Below, piece after piece: positions 10,527-22,064 of a stretch of DNA of 64,000 nt; the first letter of the stretch is position 1; every line of letters starts with the position of its first letter. The notes under the pieces were generated by a model that searched no databases, was not told the origin of the DNA, and saw only the letters and a program-made list of their open reading frames with translations. The stretch is from Williopsis jadinii (lineage: Eukaryota). The stretch covers positions 4,154,001 to 4,218,000 of the forward strand of contig AP024664.1 in assembly GCA_024346625.1 (NCBI GenBank). Reading direction: 5' to 3'. A program made the translations under genes and the position numbers.

Positions 10527-10881
10527 TACGCGAAGAGAAGGCAAAGCGAGGCAAAAATCTCATACCGAGAGGTTTATGTCCGCAAACTTTTTCACTTTTG
10601 GTTTGGTGTTAAAGGCTGTTTTGTTCTCATCTCTGAAAGCACTCTCTTTTGTTCAATACAAGCACTTCACTTCAAACTGCCACTAGCCTTCTCTCACGTT
10701 GTGGGAAATGATTCTGTGCTGAAAGCGAACACAAACCAAAAGGAGACGACCAAAGAGACCTGATTCTCACCTTTGTATTATAAAGCAAACACACCATTGA
10801 TAGAGACGGAACGACAGAGAGAGACACATAGAGAGGGAGCAATTCGGTATACGCTGAGTGTGACAACGAGAAGAGCAAACA

Positions 10882-13563
10882 ATGGTATCCCCTGAGATGG
10901 CTAGCATCGAAAAGTACAGGCAACAGCTCAATGTGCTGCTCGGTGAAGTTACGCCGGATGAGTCTCTCATCTGTGGGATCCTCAACTTTGTACGTGGACG
11001 GTTGATGCCACTTGTCATTAAAGATATCAACGATAGCGTGAAGAGCTTCGGTAACAATGAGATCACAACGGAACAGCAAGCCCAGGTTGATGTTGAATTG
11101 ACTGCGGAATCGTTAGTTGAAAAAATGTGGGTGGAATTCTTCCATCCAGTACTGAGGTATTACCAAGCTCAACATCATCAGCTGAAAAATCAGGAATCCA
11201 AACATAGGAAGAAAACAGTGGAGCTCAGGAAAGTCAACGATAAGTTTTTGAAAGTGGCAAAGCTCTCAAGAGATTTCTTCTTCGATTTGATAAAGCAAGT
11301 CCTAGAACAGCACATGTTGGAATTCCAGGTGCCTCAAGCCGTTTACAAGTTTTTGCGACTCAAGACTGATCCCAATGCCATTGAGATTAGGAAATCTGAC
11401 CAGCAATCCATCATCAAGATGCTGTACGTTGTTCAATTCTCAATGCTCCAGATTGGTGCAACATCACGTTACAGATCATCGTTGTCCCAATATCTTAGCG
11501 AAAAGAATAAGGAAGACTATTCCAAGGCATTGGAGATGTGCCGATACGCAGAGTTGCTCATTCCAGCTATAGGTGAGGCACGTAATCAACTGGGATTGAT
11601 CTACCAATCTCGTGACGACACTTTCAACATGGTTTATGAGTTTTTGAGATCGTCACTTGCAAGAATCCCTTCAAAATTCGGTGCCCTGAATTATAGGAAG
11701 ATGATGGTTTATAACTCTGTGCTCGTGGAGAAATTGAACAAGACTATTATGGAGAATAACTGCACCGATAAGAATAGGAAAAGGTACATCTCTGTGTATC
11801 TCCTTGCAATTTTGGGGTTCCATACACAACCTTCTTGGAAAGATGAAGATGGAATCGTCTTAGTCAATGGAATGGAAATTGACATTTTGGAAAAGAATGT
11901 GCTCAGCTATGTGGCACATTACGCCTCTGAAAAGAGAGATCCATCTTTCTTCCTGGAACAGATTCTCATCATGCTCATCGGGTCCGTCTTCACAACATCG
12001 CCTAAAGAATCAATGACCTCTTTAACTTCGTTGTTGCGATTCACCTTCAAGTACATTGTGACCTTGGAAACCGTCTTTATAGAACAGTGGTCGATCAACA
12101 GATCCAAATCGTATTCACTCTTACCGGTGTTTCGTATTGTCGTCTCATGGTTGAAGGCTCAGAAAGTTGCACTGGCATACTCACAAAAGGCTGTTGAGTT
12201 CATTCAAGCCTCTTGTAAATTATGCAATTTGGTACTGAAAGAATTTCCTGATGAATCATTTGACAAACGTCCAAAAAGGACACAGTACTTTGATGAGGAT
12301 GTGGAGGTCAAAGAGTTTACACCATTGGGTCGTATGCTGTGGGATTTCGATGACGATGAAGAAATTTTTGATGATCCTTCCAAATTGATCGGTAGATTTG
12401 CTAAGCATGACCATGAAGAAGAAGCCAATTTGAGATTGATCTCTGTTGTGTCTCTTTTCAAGACTTTGTTAACCGCAAGAGAAGGTATTGATTATGATGA
12501 AACGGCAAACGAGTTAACAATTGATTTGTCAAAGATTGTTCGTAAGAAGGAGCCTAAACAACGCAGTGTTGCATTGACTCCTAAATCAACCAATAAGAAG
12601 AACAAGAAGACGAAAAAGTCTAAGGAGCATGAGAAGGATAATGTGGCGAAGGATAAAGAAAAGACGAACAAGAAGAACAAAAAGACAAGAAAGGACAAAG
12701 ATAAGAAGTCCAACAATCCAGGTCAAAGAAAATCCAAACAAGGCACTGTTGAAGATGGTTCATCGGATGAAGAGGATTCCACTGAACTTGTCTATCATAG
12801 AAAGGATGATACCGTATCAGACAAGTTCAAACCCTTGGAGAATGTAAGACAAACCGAACAGTTTGCCAAGCCAACGCAAATCATTGAAACTCACAATGAC
12901 AATCAGAACCAGAGACAGATGGAGCACATGGTTGATTCTATCGTTGATGGTGTCAACATTGATTCTCCAGATGGCGATAATGATGACAATGACGACAGCA
13001 ATGATGACGACTATGACACGAATGAAGATGAAACTGATGAACAATCTAAATCACAAGTTATTCAGCCATCACCTGCCATTCAAAATTCACAGCATTTACC
13101 TGTCTCACAGGCAACTCCACAACACTCTCAAGCTTCATTGTTTCAACAGTACTCGCAATACTCACAGTACCCACAGTATTCTCAATACCGTGAACAACCA
13201 CAACTGTCACATCCACATCAACCACAACTACAGCAGCAGCAACAGCAAGTCTCACATAACTTGTATGGAAGCATGTGGTCTGCAGGTAATGCGCCAATGC
13301 CATATAACTACCCATACATAGCATCTCAACAGTTTCAGCAAGCTCAACAGCATCAACAGCAGTATCAACAACAGGCACAGTACTCATTATACAACCAGAT
13401 ACCACAACAATCCACGATACAAGTTCCATCATCGTATCCATATAACCAACAAATCGCACAGCAACATAATCCACAGCAACAGCAACAAGAGGTGTACGGT
13501 TATCCATACTATGGGAATGTGAATATGACTCAAAATACTCCTGGCTCTTTCCAGCAGCAGTGA
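10882..13563 (+). CDS. EST1: Est1/Ebs1 (SMG5/6/7-like) protein with basic linker and Q/Y-rich tail
   Basis: Est1-type TPR core (RYRS..., PAIGEARNQLGLIY, YEFLRSSLARIP, YFDEDVEVKEF). Divergent from TOP3 like S. cerevisiae EST1, and convergent with a UME6-like gene like EBS1. Confidence 0.85.
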   Translation: MVSPEMASIEKYRQQLNVLLGEVTPDESLICGILNFVRGRLMPLVIKDINDSVKSFGNNEITTEQQAQVDVELTAESLVEKMWVEFFHPVLRYYQAQHHQLKNQESKHRKKTVELRKVNDKFLKVAKLSRDFFFDLIKQVLEQHMLEFQVPQAVYKFLRLKTDPNAIEIRKSDQQSIIKMLYVVQFSMLQIGATSRYRSSLSQYLSEKNKEDYSKALEMCRYAELLIPAIGEARNQLGLIYQSRDDTFNMVYEFLRSSLARIPSKFGALNYRKMMVYNSVLVEKLNKTIMENNCTDKNRKRYISVYLLAILGFHTQPSWKDEDGIVLVNGMEIDILEKNVLSYVAHYASEKRDPSFFLEQILIMLIGSVFTTSPKESMTSLTSLLRFTFKYIVTLETVFIEQWSINRSKSYSLLPVFRIVVSWLKAQKVALAYSQKAVEFIQASCKLCNLVLKEFPDESFDKRPKRTQYFDEDVEVKEFTPLGRMLWDFDDDEEIFDDPSKLIGRFAKHDHEEEANLRLISVVSLFKTLLTAREGIDYDETANELTIDLSKIVRKKEPKQRSVALTPKSTNKKNKKTKKSKEHEKDNVAKDKEKTNKKNKKTRKDKDKKSNNPGQRKSKQGTVEDGSSDEEDSTELVYHRKDDTVSDKFKPLENVRQTEQFAKPTQIIETHNDNQNQRQMEHMVDSIVDGVNIDSPDGDNDDNDDSNDDDYDTNEDETDEQSKSQVIQPSPAIQNSQHLPVSQATPQHSQASLFQQYSQYSQYPQYSQYREQPQLSHPHQPQLQQQQQQVSHNLYGSMWSAGNAPMPYNYPYIASQQFQQAQQHQQQYQQQAQYSLYNQIPQQSTIQVPSSYPYNQQIAQQHNPQQQQQEVYGYPYYGNVNMTQNTPGSFQQQ

Positions 13564-13729
13564 AACATCTCAATGAGTATATATCATACTTGTTAAAATA
13601 TCTGTTTTTATGACAAGAGGTTTGTCTTTTTTTATCACTGACAAAAGAAAACTGTAGCTCTCTATGTATAGCAATGTATTATATAAGCTCTGATTGTATA
13701 CGTGGTGATAGTGCAGTTCTGAGGGTATA

Positions 13730-14938
13730 TCACAGTTTTACTTTCTTGATGCCTATCTTCTTCTTTAAAGCTGTCTTCTTCTTTATGGCATCAAGTTTCT
13801 CCCTCTGGCTCTTTTGATTATCCATGAAAACTGGCTTTTCAACGCTATATCCATCACAAGTGAGCCCCAATTTGACGCATTGTGCACAACTTGGTTTCTC
13901 CTCGGAGCATTTCTTCTTGCGGATACGACAAGTCCAGCATCCATTCTTTGAGCGTGCAAGTATGGTAGTTTTGAACTGTCGATGGCGTGCCTGTGTTTTG
14001 ATCGCTGAAGGGTTCCTTTGATAGAAATTATGTGGTAGCTGTTGTTTATCTGCTCTGTAATTCTTTGCCGGTGCATTTGAACATTCTGGTGAGAAAGCTG
14101 TAGTTTCTTTACAATTACGAGAATAATCCACCATTTTGCCCTTGCGTAACCTTCTCGAACTATGCGGACTTGGTGGTAATATTGGGGTCAGAGTCTTAAA
14201 CGGGTTAGGTGGTGTTGGAGACGAGTTCATCAATGGCAAGTCCACCAGACCTGCTTGCCTTCTAATGGTAGCTTGATGGTCACGCTGAATGCCTCTTTCA
14301 AGTCCAAAGACGTTCAGTGAGCTCAGAGGTGGTAGGGAGTGGTGTTCAAAAGAGTTCAAATCAAGATTGACCGCATCGGCCCTGCCGCTCGGAGGGTCAG
14401 ATGGTTGGAATGGCGAGTTATTTACCATCTCTTCCAGAAAGAAATCTATTCTGGGTTCGGGGAATTCCATATGGAACTCACTTGAGTCCTCAATCATAGG
14501 TGGTGTTGAACGCAAGAGGATTCTCCTCTCCTCATCCTTGGTTAAAACATCACCCCTACCACCGCTCGTGGCACCCTCGTCATAGCATTGCTTATAGATC
14601 TCCATGTCGAACGGTGTCATTGTCGTATCCATCGACGTGTGAGCCTTGGAAGAGTCAAACATACCATCAAAATCAGTATGCGTATAGTTATTTGACCCGG
14701 ACGACCACTCGGTAGCAGCGGCAGCGTCTATCAAGTCGTTGATAGACAAGTGCTTCCTCTCTTGTACTTGTTGATGGAGTTGCTCCTCTTCATTGTCAGC
14801 GGACCCTCTGCTGGATAAAACCATGGCGGTTAACCTCAGCGGCATCACAGTGGAAGCTGCCAATGCGTTGCAGGTGGAGTTTGCACGCTCTGGTGACAGC
14901 GTTGGCGTGTTTGAAGGAGCATTGTCAACGGTTTCCAT
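13730..14938 (-). CDS. UME6: Zn(II)2Cys6 transcription factor with C-terminal zinc cluster, Ume6-like
   Basis: RSKNGCWTCRIRKKKCSEEKPSCAQCVKLGLTC near the C-terminus. Position next to EST1/EBS1 mirrors EBS1-UME6, so the symbol relies partly on synteny. Confidence 0.7.
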   Translation of the reverse strand: METVDNAPSNTPTLSPERANSTCNALAASTVMPLRLTAMVLSSRGSADNEEEQLHQQVQERKHLSINDLIDAAAATEWSSGSNNYTHTDFDGMFDSSKAHTSMDTTMTPFDMEIYKQCYDEGATSGGRGDVLTKDEERRILLRSTPPMIEDSSEFHMEFPEPRIDFFLEEMVNNSPFQPSDPPSGRADAVNLDLNSFEHHSLPPLSSLNVFGLERGIQRDHQATIRRQAGLVDLPLMNSSPTPPNPFKTLTPILPPSPHSSRRLRKGKMVDYSRNCKETTAFSPECSNAPAKNYRADKQQLPHNFYQRNPSAIKTQARHRQFKTTILARSKNGCWTCRIRKKKCSEEKPSCAQCVKLGLTCDGYSVEKPVFMDNQKSQREKLDAIKKKTALKKKIGIKKVKL

Positions 14939-15301
14939 CTTTATCCTTCAACTGCTAAGATCAACAGTGGTACTGTTACCTTGGCGGCAAAGGGAGAGAT
15001 CTGATTGGTTACAACAAGTAAACAATGGGAAACTCCACAAAATCAACACTTCCATTTAAGCTTTTTTGGTGTCATTCCAAATCGGGAAACCCATTGCATG
15101 CATGCTTATGTAAACATGCATGAAAATGTGGTGTGCGGATGTCTTTGTCTGCCGGCCGTTAGGGGCAACACAGGGCATATACGCTTTTCCTCCCTCGCTC
15201 GTCGAAGCTGGTGCGGTGTGGAGCCATAGGCATTTGCTGATTTTGATCAAATTCTTGACACATTCCCCTTCATATATAAAGGTTTTGTTGCTGTTCGAGC
15301 C

Positions 15302-16654
15302 ATGGAAGAAGCAATTGAGCTCGACTCGCGTTATAAGACTCTCAAAGAGGAGTTTTCCGTTCCGACATTTGGCTCGTTTGGCATCCCTGGTGACGCTGAT
15401 ACGAAGACGACGTATCTATGTGGTAACTCGCTTGGATTGATGCCATTGGCCATTAGAAGGGCTATCAACGATGAGTTGGACGCATGGGGGGAGAGGGCCG
15501 TTGACTCGCACTTCCGTCACCCTGGTTTGGATGACGGGAAGACCAATTGGATGGACATTGACCTGCCAGTGATACCGTTGATCAAGGACATTGTTGGTGC
15601 ACAGGAGGACGAGGTTGCGATTATGGGGTCCTTAACTGCCAATCTGAACGCTTTGATGGTGGCCTTCTACAAGCCACAGGGCAAGAGAACAAAGATCTTG
15701 TTCGAGAAGGGCTCTTTCCCCTCAGATTACTATGCCATTTTCAACCAGTTGAGACTGAACTCCCTGGACCCACAGACTGATATGATTCAAATGGAGCCAC
15801 GCAAAGGTGAGTATACGCTGCGTACCCAGGATATCATCTCCCAGATTGAGTCCCACAGTGAGACTTTGGCGTTGGTGTTATTACCGGGCATCCAATACTA
15901 CACAGGACAGCTCTTCGACATTGAAGTCATCACCAGAGTTGCCAAGTCGCACGGTATCATAATCGGGTGGGACTTGGCTCACGCAGTGGGCAATGTGCCA
16001 TTGAAATTGCACGATTGGGGTGTCGATTTCGCCGTATGGTGTTCCTACAAGTACCTTAACAGTGGACCAGGTGCAATCTCTGGAATATTCGTCCACAGCT
16101 CTCATGGAACCAATGAGGAGGACAAGTACATGCCCCGTCTTGCCGGATGGTGGGGTAATAACGCCTCAACACGCTTCAAGATGATGGAATTCTTCGACCC
16201 AATCCAAGGAGCACTGGGATTCAGACAGAGCAACCCAAGTGTGATCGACGTTGTCAGCGTCCATGCCTCTTTAAAGCTATTCCAAGAGTACGGTGGTATT
16301 GGAAAGCTACGTGAGAAGAGCGTGGCATTGACAAGATACCTCGAAACCTTGCTAAAGGACTCACCATACTTCAACAACACTGAATACGGGTTCAAGATCC
16401 TAACACCTGATGATCCTGAGGACCGTGGTGCTCAGCTATCCTTGCTTTTCTTCCCAAGAACAACAGACTCCACCCCCGGCATCATGGACGACATACATCA
16501 ATTCATGACACACAGAGGTGTCATCTGTGATGAACGTAGACCTGATGTCATACGTATCGCTCCTGTTCCACTGTACAACACTTTCCAGGACGTGTTCCAC
16601 GCAGTTGAGGTCTTAAACTCGGCATTCGACACAAAATCATCAAAGAGCTCTTAG
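15302..16654 (+). CDS. BNA5: Kynureninase
   Basis: [43 protein letters not shown] (PLP Lys). Confidence 0.97.
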   Translation: MEEAIELDSRYKTLKEEFSVPTFGSFGIPGDADTKTTYLCGNSLGLMPLAIRRAINDELDAWGERAVDSHFRHPGLDDGKTNWMDIDLPVIPLIKDIVGAQEDEVAIMGSLTANLNALMVAFYKPQGKRTKILFEKGSFPSDYYAIFNQLRLNSLDPQTDMIQMEPRKGEYTLRTQDIISQIESHSETLALVLLPGIQYYTGQLFDIEVITRVAKSHGIIIGWDLAHAVGNVPLKLHDWGVDFAVWCSYKYLNSGPGAISGIFVHSSHGTNEEDKYMPRLAGWWGNNASTRFKMMEFFDPIQGALGFRQSNPSVIDVVSVHASLKLFQEYGGIGKLREKSVALTRYLETLLKDSPYFNNTEYGFKILTPDDPEDRGAQLSLLFFPRTTDSTPGIMDDIHQFMTHRGVICDERRPDVIRIAPVPLYNTFQDVFHAVEVLNSAFDTKSSKSS

Positions 16655-16751
16655 TGGAAATCGTATATATACATGTATATACTGGCCTGTGTCTGAATAA
16701 ACATCTCTTGACTGTTGAGCATCTGGTTGGATAACTCGTGTTCTCACGGCT

Positions 16752-17438
16752 ATGCTGGCTCCAAACAACCATTGTCCCTCGCCTCTTGAGTCTCCGTGGG
16801 AGAGCTTCAGCACTACAACCTCCCTGTCGCAAGGGTTGGCATCAGGTGCCTATAAGTTGATGAGCACCTCACTTTTGAAGTGCTCTGGTACCTCTACGTC
16901 GTCCATTCCAACGTCTATGGGTCTTTCACCAAGAGACGTTACTGGTGAATTGGAAAGGACCATCTCTACGAACTTTGATAAAGTTGAAAAGATGAGGTTG
17001 AAGGCCGTCAAAGAGCTTCATAAGCAGCAGCATGCCTGTGCGAAGCTTATGGAGAGAGACTCGTCGTCGCATGTGGACTCCAAGACGAATTGGGAGTACT
17101 ACAACATCGAACTAGAGCTATCTGAGGTGACGTTGATGTTATACGATGCCACCATCTTGTTGAAAGAGGACTACTTCAATGTCATCCAGCACGTGAAGCT
17201 CATTGAAGACCCTTACAACACAAGGGGAGAATTGGAGGCACTACAAGCTCAATTTGATGCTCTCCTTTTGAAACTTGACGATTCTTTGAAGAAAGTTCTC
17301 TATTTGACCATGCAAAGAGATATGCTTGTGCAGTCCAAAGAGAGACTAAGTTTATCATGGAGAGAGTGGTTCAGGTATAAGAGAGCGTTGAAAAGCCATA
17401 AGCATTCAACTACACAGCATTCACGTCAAAGCACTTAG
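16752..17438 (+). CDS. Hypothetical coiled-coil protein (228 aa)
   Basis: Long ORF with coding-like composition filling the BNA5-IPT1 gap; helical heptad character; family not recognised. Confidence 0.7.
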   Translation: MLAPNNHCPSPLESPWESFSTTTSLSQGLASGAYKLMSTSLLKCSGTSTSSIPTSMGLSPRDVTGELERTISTNFDKVEKMRLKAVKELHKQQHACAKLMERDSSSHVDSKTNWEYYNIELELSEVTLMLYDATILLKEDYFNVIQHVKLIEDPYNTRGELEALQAQFDALLLKLDDSLKKVLYLTMQRDMLVQSKERLSLSWREWFRYKRALKSHKHSTTQHSRQST

Positions 17439-17717
17439 ATGAGTACAGAGCATGGAAAAGCATTATAATTAAGAAGGGGAAGCGAACGAATTAACCATTA
17501 GCAAGTGTGTACCTATTTTGTATAGTGTTGCAATATGTTTCATAGCGTGGTATTGTCATGATGTAGCAACAGCCTCCCTCCATTCCAACTTTGGGTTGCT
17601 GGATATGATAAATGACTTTTATTAAGACTTTGGAATAGAGAAGACGTCAAAAATGCAGAAAACAAATACAAGAGTGTTCTTCCTTCCCTCCTGTTAACTG
17701 TGGGAGCATGAAGGCAA

Positions 17718-18941
17718 TCAGTGGTATGGATCAAAGAATCTCTGGATTCTGTCAAAGCCTCTAAACACCCTCATCCCCATGGTTGTACCATGTGTGAAAT
17801 CATTCTCCCTTCTGGCCTTGAGGAACTTCAACTCTTGATGTCTGATGTAGGGCCAAATGGCACCAAATGAGATAAGAGCATAACAACATCCTATGAGCAA
17901 ATCGATTCTGAAATGGTGATCCAGGTACATAGTTGCCCACCATTGGACGCATACAAAGCCAATGGCAAGGATTCTTAGAGCGATGGAGTTGGCAAAATAC
18001 CATACAAAGATGCAAACTTGAACAGCCATTGCACTGTGCAACGATGGCACAGCACCAAACACAATTGGAGACTTGTGGAATCCCTTTGAATGCAGGTGTG
18101 TACCCAGGGCAACATCGACTCTTGTCAGTCCAGCAGCGTAACCTGGCATATCGTAGTTGGCCTCGGCTTCAGGACCATGCATGTGAATAAACCACGGTGG
18201 TGCTGTTGGAAACAGCATATGCGTACAGACACCAGCGATGTTTTGCAATCCCAGAGCAATTGAGAAGCACTTCAAAGCACCAGGCAAATGGAAGACGTAA
18301 AGCCATACAGCAGTCAAAATTGGGAAGGTGATATGAGCCAACACGTAGAACAACCACGCCGTCAGGTCCTTAGGCACCGTGAGAGGTGTTGCAAACCAGT
18401 GTGCAGTGTTCAGTACGGGCCATATGAGACATAGAAGTAGAGGAGTGAGGTACAAAGCATGTGTTTTGGCCTTCGGTATCATGCCATGGGACAATCTGTA
18501 GCCCAAGTCCTCGACGATATCGTCCGAGGAGTCGTCTCCACTAGTGGAGGACCCGGAATCGGACCTTGAGTCCGAGTCCATCAACTGTATCGAGTCGAAC
18601 CCACCTTCCAAATCCTTCTGCGGAGGTTGTGTCAGATAGGCAGACTTGTTCTTGACAATGTGATACCAGATAAACGTGACCACAACCATTAGCACGGCCC
18701 ACGCAGGGAACCACCAGGGGGAGAACACCGTGGAATCGGTATAATATGCCCATCCAACGTGGATTTTGGGACGCCATTCGTTTGGTACAACGCCAGCGTT
18801 CTTGAACATAAAGAGCCATATGAACACGGGAGAAAAGTTCACGGCGAACCTGAGAACGAGCTTGTACAACGGTCTGCCATTGAGAGCTGAGGACCAAAGC
18901 CTTTGGATAACCTGGAAGAGTATGTTGATCGGGTTCTCCAT
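17718..18941 (-). CDS. IPT1: Inositolphosphotransferase (Aur1/Ipt1 PAP2 family)
   Basis: NFSPVFIWLFMFKNAG..P...RPKIH N-terminus is Ipt1-type. SPIVFGAVPSLHSA and TMYLDHHFRIDL catalytic motifs. Confidence 0.92.
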   Translation of the reverse strand: MENPINILFQVIQRLWSSALNGRPLYKLVLRFAVNFSPVFIWLFMFKNAGVVPNEWRPKIHVGWAYYTDSTVFSPWWFPAWAVLMVVVTFIWYHIVKNKSAYLTQPPQKDLEGGFDSIQLMDSDSRSDSGSSTSGDDSSDDIVEDLGYRLSHGMIPKAKTHALYLTPLLLCLIWPVLNTAHWFATPLTVPKDLTAWLFYVLAHITFPILTAVWLYVFHLPGALKCFSIALGLQNIAGVCTHMLFPTAPPWFIHMHGPEAEANYDMPGYAAGLTRVDVALGTHLHSKGFHKSPIVFGAVPSLHSAMAVQVCIFVWYFANSIALRILAIGFVCVQWWATMYLDHHFRIDLLIGCCYALISFGAIWPYIRHQELKFLKARRENDFTHGTTMGMRVFRGFDRIQRFFDPYH

Positions 18942-21718
18942 GTTACTTTGATATGTGCTTCGGGATCAAAAGTAGTAGTTGTTGTTGTTTTTTCCGTTAG
19001 GCTATCTGTCCCGAATGTCCTTCTTTGTGTCTTGCGATGTCTGAGTGTATTGTCTTAATGCTGCAAACGGTCCGGTTTAATGATTAATCAACGAAGGATA
19101 ATGAGTCGATGACAAGAATCAGCTCTGTTTCAAGTATCAAAGGACAAAACAGTTAAAAGAAGCAAGGAGAAAGAGTCTATTCTGAATTTTTTCTTTCCCT
19201 CTCTCTGTCTCTCTCTTTGATGCTCAAGGACAAAATTAGCTACGAGGTGAGACAAAAAAAAGAACGGGAAAAAATAAACTGCACAGCACAGCAGCAGAAA
19301 ACCTTCGGCTTATATCCTAGAAATTTGTGTTTTGGTTTTTTGCGTATACTAAGCCGCGCGTATCTGTCTTGTGGTGCCCTGGAGTCGCGATAAGTTTTCA
19401 TATAAGCCAGTGTGCTCAGCTGTGGGACATATGCGTGGTGATGTACGCTCAGCCATGGGTTGCCAGCGTCCATTTTGTCTTTACTTTGCTAGCTTGTCCC
19501 AACTTCTTGTCCAAGAGATCACGACGGTAAAACTTATACTTCGACGGGCTGAAAATCTCAAGCGTTTTGTTTCACTTCCATGGTGACAGAAAGCAGAGCC
19601 CGTTGGAGAAGGAATAAGGATTTGTGTGTGCTATTGTTGGCGGCATGAAAGACAAACCTCAATTACTTGTCCAATAATGATCAACTCCTCAAGAGACATG
19701 AAATTTGTAACTGGCTTGTTGGACATTAGCCATGGTGCTTATTTTCTGGTCTTTTTCTCTGCCGGGCTGTGCTCCTACTTTTGTGTCACACGCCTCCATA
19801 TGGGCTTATACAGGGGTTTTGTTTTTTTTCGCACTCGACAGTGTTTTTCAGTGACGCGGATTTTGGTGAAGAATTTTGAGGGTCTCTACTATGCGCGTTA
19901 CAATTCAGCCACGATTGAAGACAAGCTGTGAATTAATTGTGATGCTCACTGATCACATTTGCTCACTGTGCTGGAACTGTCCTTGTCCACTCTACAAATG
20001 TCTGAGCTCCAGCATTGATATAAATCGTCCGACTGAGGCGAAAAGTGTAGTCATGGATTGCCTTGTTGACAATGACACGATTTTCGCAGTTAAGCCTCGG
20101 TTAGTTTTCTGGGGGATTCTATAACCAGTTCCGGCCCGAGTGTCGTTTACATCTGTTGGTGCAGGGATTCCACATGGGAAGTGTGGAGCAGAAAGGCTCT
20201 ATAGCGGCGTTACTGTGTAAGCGTAGATGGAACAGGGTCCTTGTAAGGTAAAGTCTCTTGCAAAACATCACTTGTGTTATTTAGCAAAAACGCTGCTGTC
20301 CCAGAAAGTAAACAGCTCGCCCACCCTCTCTCAATTCAAATGTCCCATTCAGATTTCATCCATACGCAGACTTTTGGCGTGTCTGTCCTGCGTGTGTACG
20401 CAGCTATCCCAAATGTCTCTGTTGTGTTTACCATAAGTATGCATTATCAGACCCAAGAGACAGGCGAAATGGAATGAGTTTGAAAAGGGGGACATGAGGG
20501 ATCCCTTTATGGTGCGAGATCCGACCCCATTCAACAAAGCTCTTACTCTTTGCGTTGAAACATGTCTCTCTTCTTATAAATAGCCCCTTAGTGGTGGCCT
20601 GGTGCATATGCCATACGAGTTCGAGAGTCCATACTCGGGACCATTGGTGTCTTTGTCTGATGAGAACCTGCCAAATATTCGTAGCGAATCCAAATATCAA
20701 AACCTTGTCAGTAGACAGTGTACCTGGTAAACGTCTTGGGATCTCGTGCGTCCCTTAGTTCTACAGTTATGGTCCCTCAGACGCCTGCCCAAACTCAAAG
20801 ATGGTAACTATCGAGACATTTTCGCTCGGTGAAACCTTCACGTAGCTAACGAAATTTCACTACTTTGTTTGTTGTTTTTTCACATTGCTCAGCCCGGGGG
20901 ACATATAAGCACCCCGACACAGATGGCGTTCATGCTCCAAGGGGCAGGAGGAAAGGGCTTTCGACGTCCTGCTGAAAACTGATTGGATCACACTTAAAAA
21001 GAGGAAGTGATTGACCGCTGTGTACCCCTTTTTATGGGCTTCAATTTGAGGGTGGATGGATTTTAAGGTTTGTACATGCTTCTGTAGCGGCCTATAATTG
21101 TAGTTGTACTTCCCGATACTGCTCAGGCCTTTAAAATAGCAACACTTGAGTGTTAATCCGTCGGAGTCCCTCCTCCAGTATTACACAGCGCAACTATAAC
21201 TATATAGCAATCAACAGTGGATTAGTGCCATGGCGAGTGGCAAACGGCAAGGTCAAGGTGTTCAGTCGCAGCATGTATACGTGATGATCACACAACAATT
21301 GGTGCTCAGCCATACACATATCAAGACTAAAGTTAATTAATTGCTGGCATAAAAAATGTGATCACGGCATGGAATGGCTTGTACCTTGGAAATTAAAGAT
21401 GGATTGGGTTAGGCATAAGCTTCTGAGGTGTTGAACTCCTCTCTGGAGACTGGGCTGTCTAAAAATTCGCTTGGACTGTTGAAATGTCATGGCAACACCG
21501 GGAATTTAGAGCTCGGAATCTAGGGCTCGGAATTGGAAACTTCGGGTCTCCTTGGTGATTATGTAATCTTGATTATGTAATATGAGCTTCCGAAACATCC
21601 GTACACCGCTATGTGTGGTTATGTGTGAACGGTATGAGTCTTTCCATCCCAATCATTTAGACCTGGAGCATTAATCAATATTGAGAGACGAACTTCCCGA
21701 TTGGCTACCAACTTGAAG

Positions 21719-21973
21719 ATGGTTCTGGTCGAATACTACGGGCCGAGCACTTCATTCACCCTTGGGGCTAAATCAGAAACGGTGGATAACGTACAATGCT
21801 TGGATGATCTGTTTCAACATTGGGACCGTAACTTTAAAGGTCTCAGTGAATACGTGAGGCAAAGTTGTGGGTTGACAGTTAACTTGGAGTATATCGATAT
21901 TGAGTTGAAAGATCAAATCAAATTGGACAAGGACGATGAAGTCGCAATAATACCTCCTGTAAGCAGTGGTTAA
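21719..21973 (+). CDS. Molybdopterin synthase sulfur-carrier (small) subunit, MoaD/MOCS2A/CnxG type
   Basis: 84 aa ubiquitin-like protein: MVLVEYYGP..., VNLEY, DEVAIIPPVSSG C-terminus. Confidence 0.88.
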   Translation: MVLVEYYGPSTSFTLGAKSETVDNVQCLDDLFQHWDRNFKGLSEYVRQSCGLTVNLEYIDIELKDQIKLDKDDEVAIIPPVSSG

Positions 21974-22064
21974 AAACCTTCACATATATCCCCAATATGG
22001 TTTTTATTATAACGTTACAACATTTTTATGTAATTGATTTGGGCCCAGTTCACCACCGCCTTCT

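Noticed and set aside
21280..21366. Box C/D snoRNA (TGATGA ... GTGATCACG)
   Set aside because: The D box is GTGA rather than CTGA, and no rRNA-complementary guide was recognised.
21632..21718. Intron upstream of the MoaD-like gene (GTATGA...TACCAAC...AAG)
   Set aside because: All three signals are imperfect and splicing would leave ATG 21621 out of frame. ATG 21719 already gives a complete protein.
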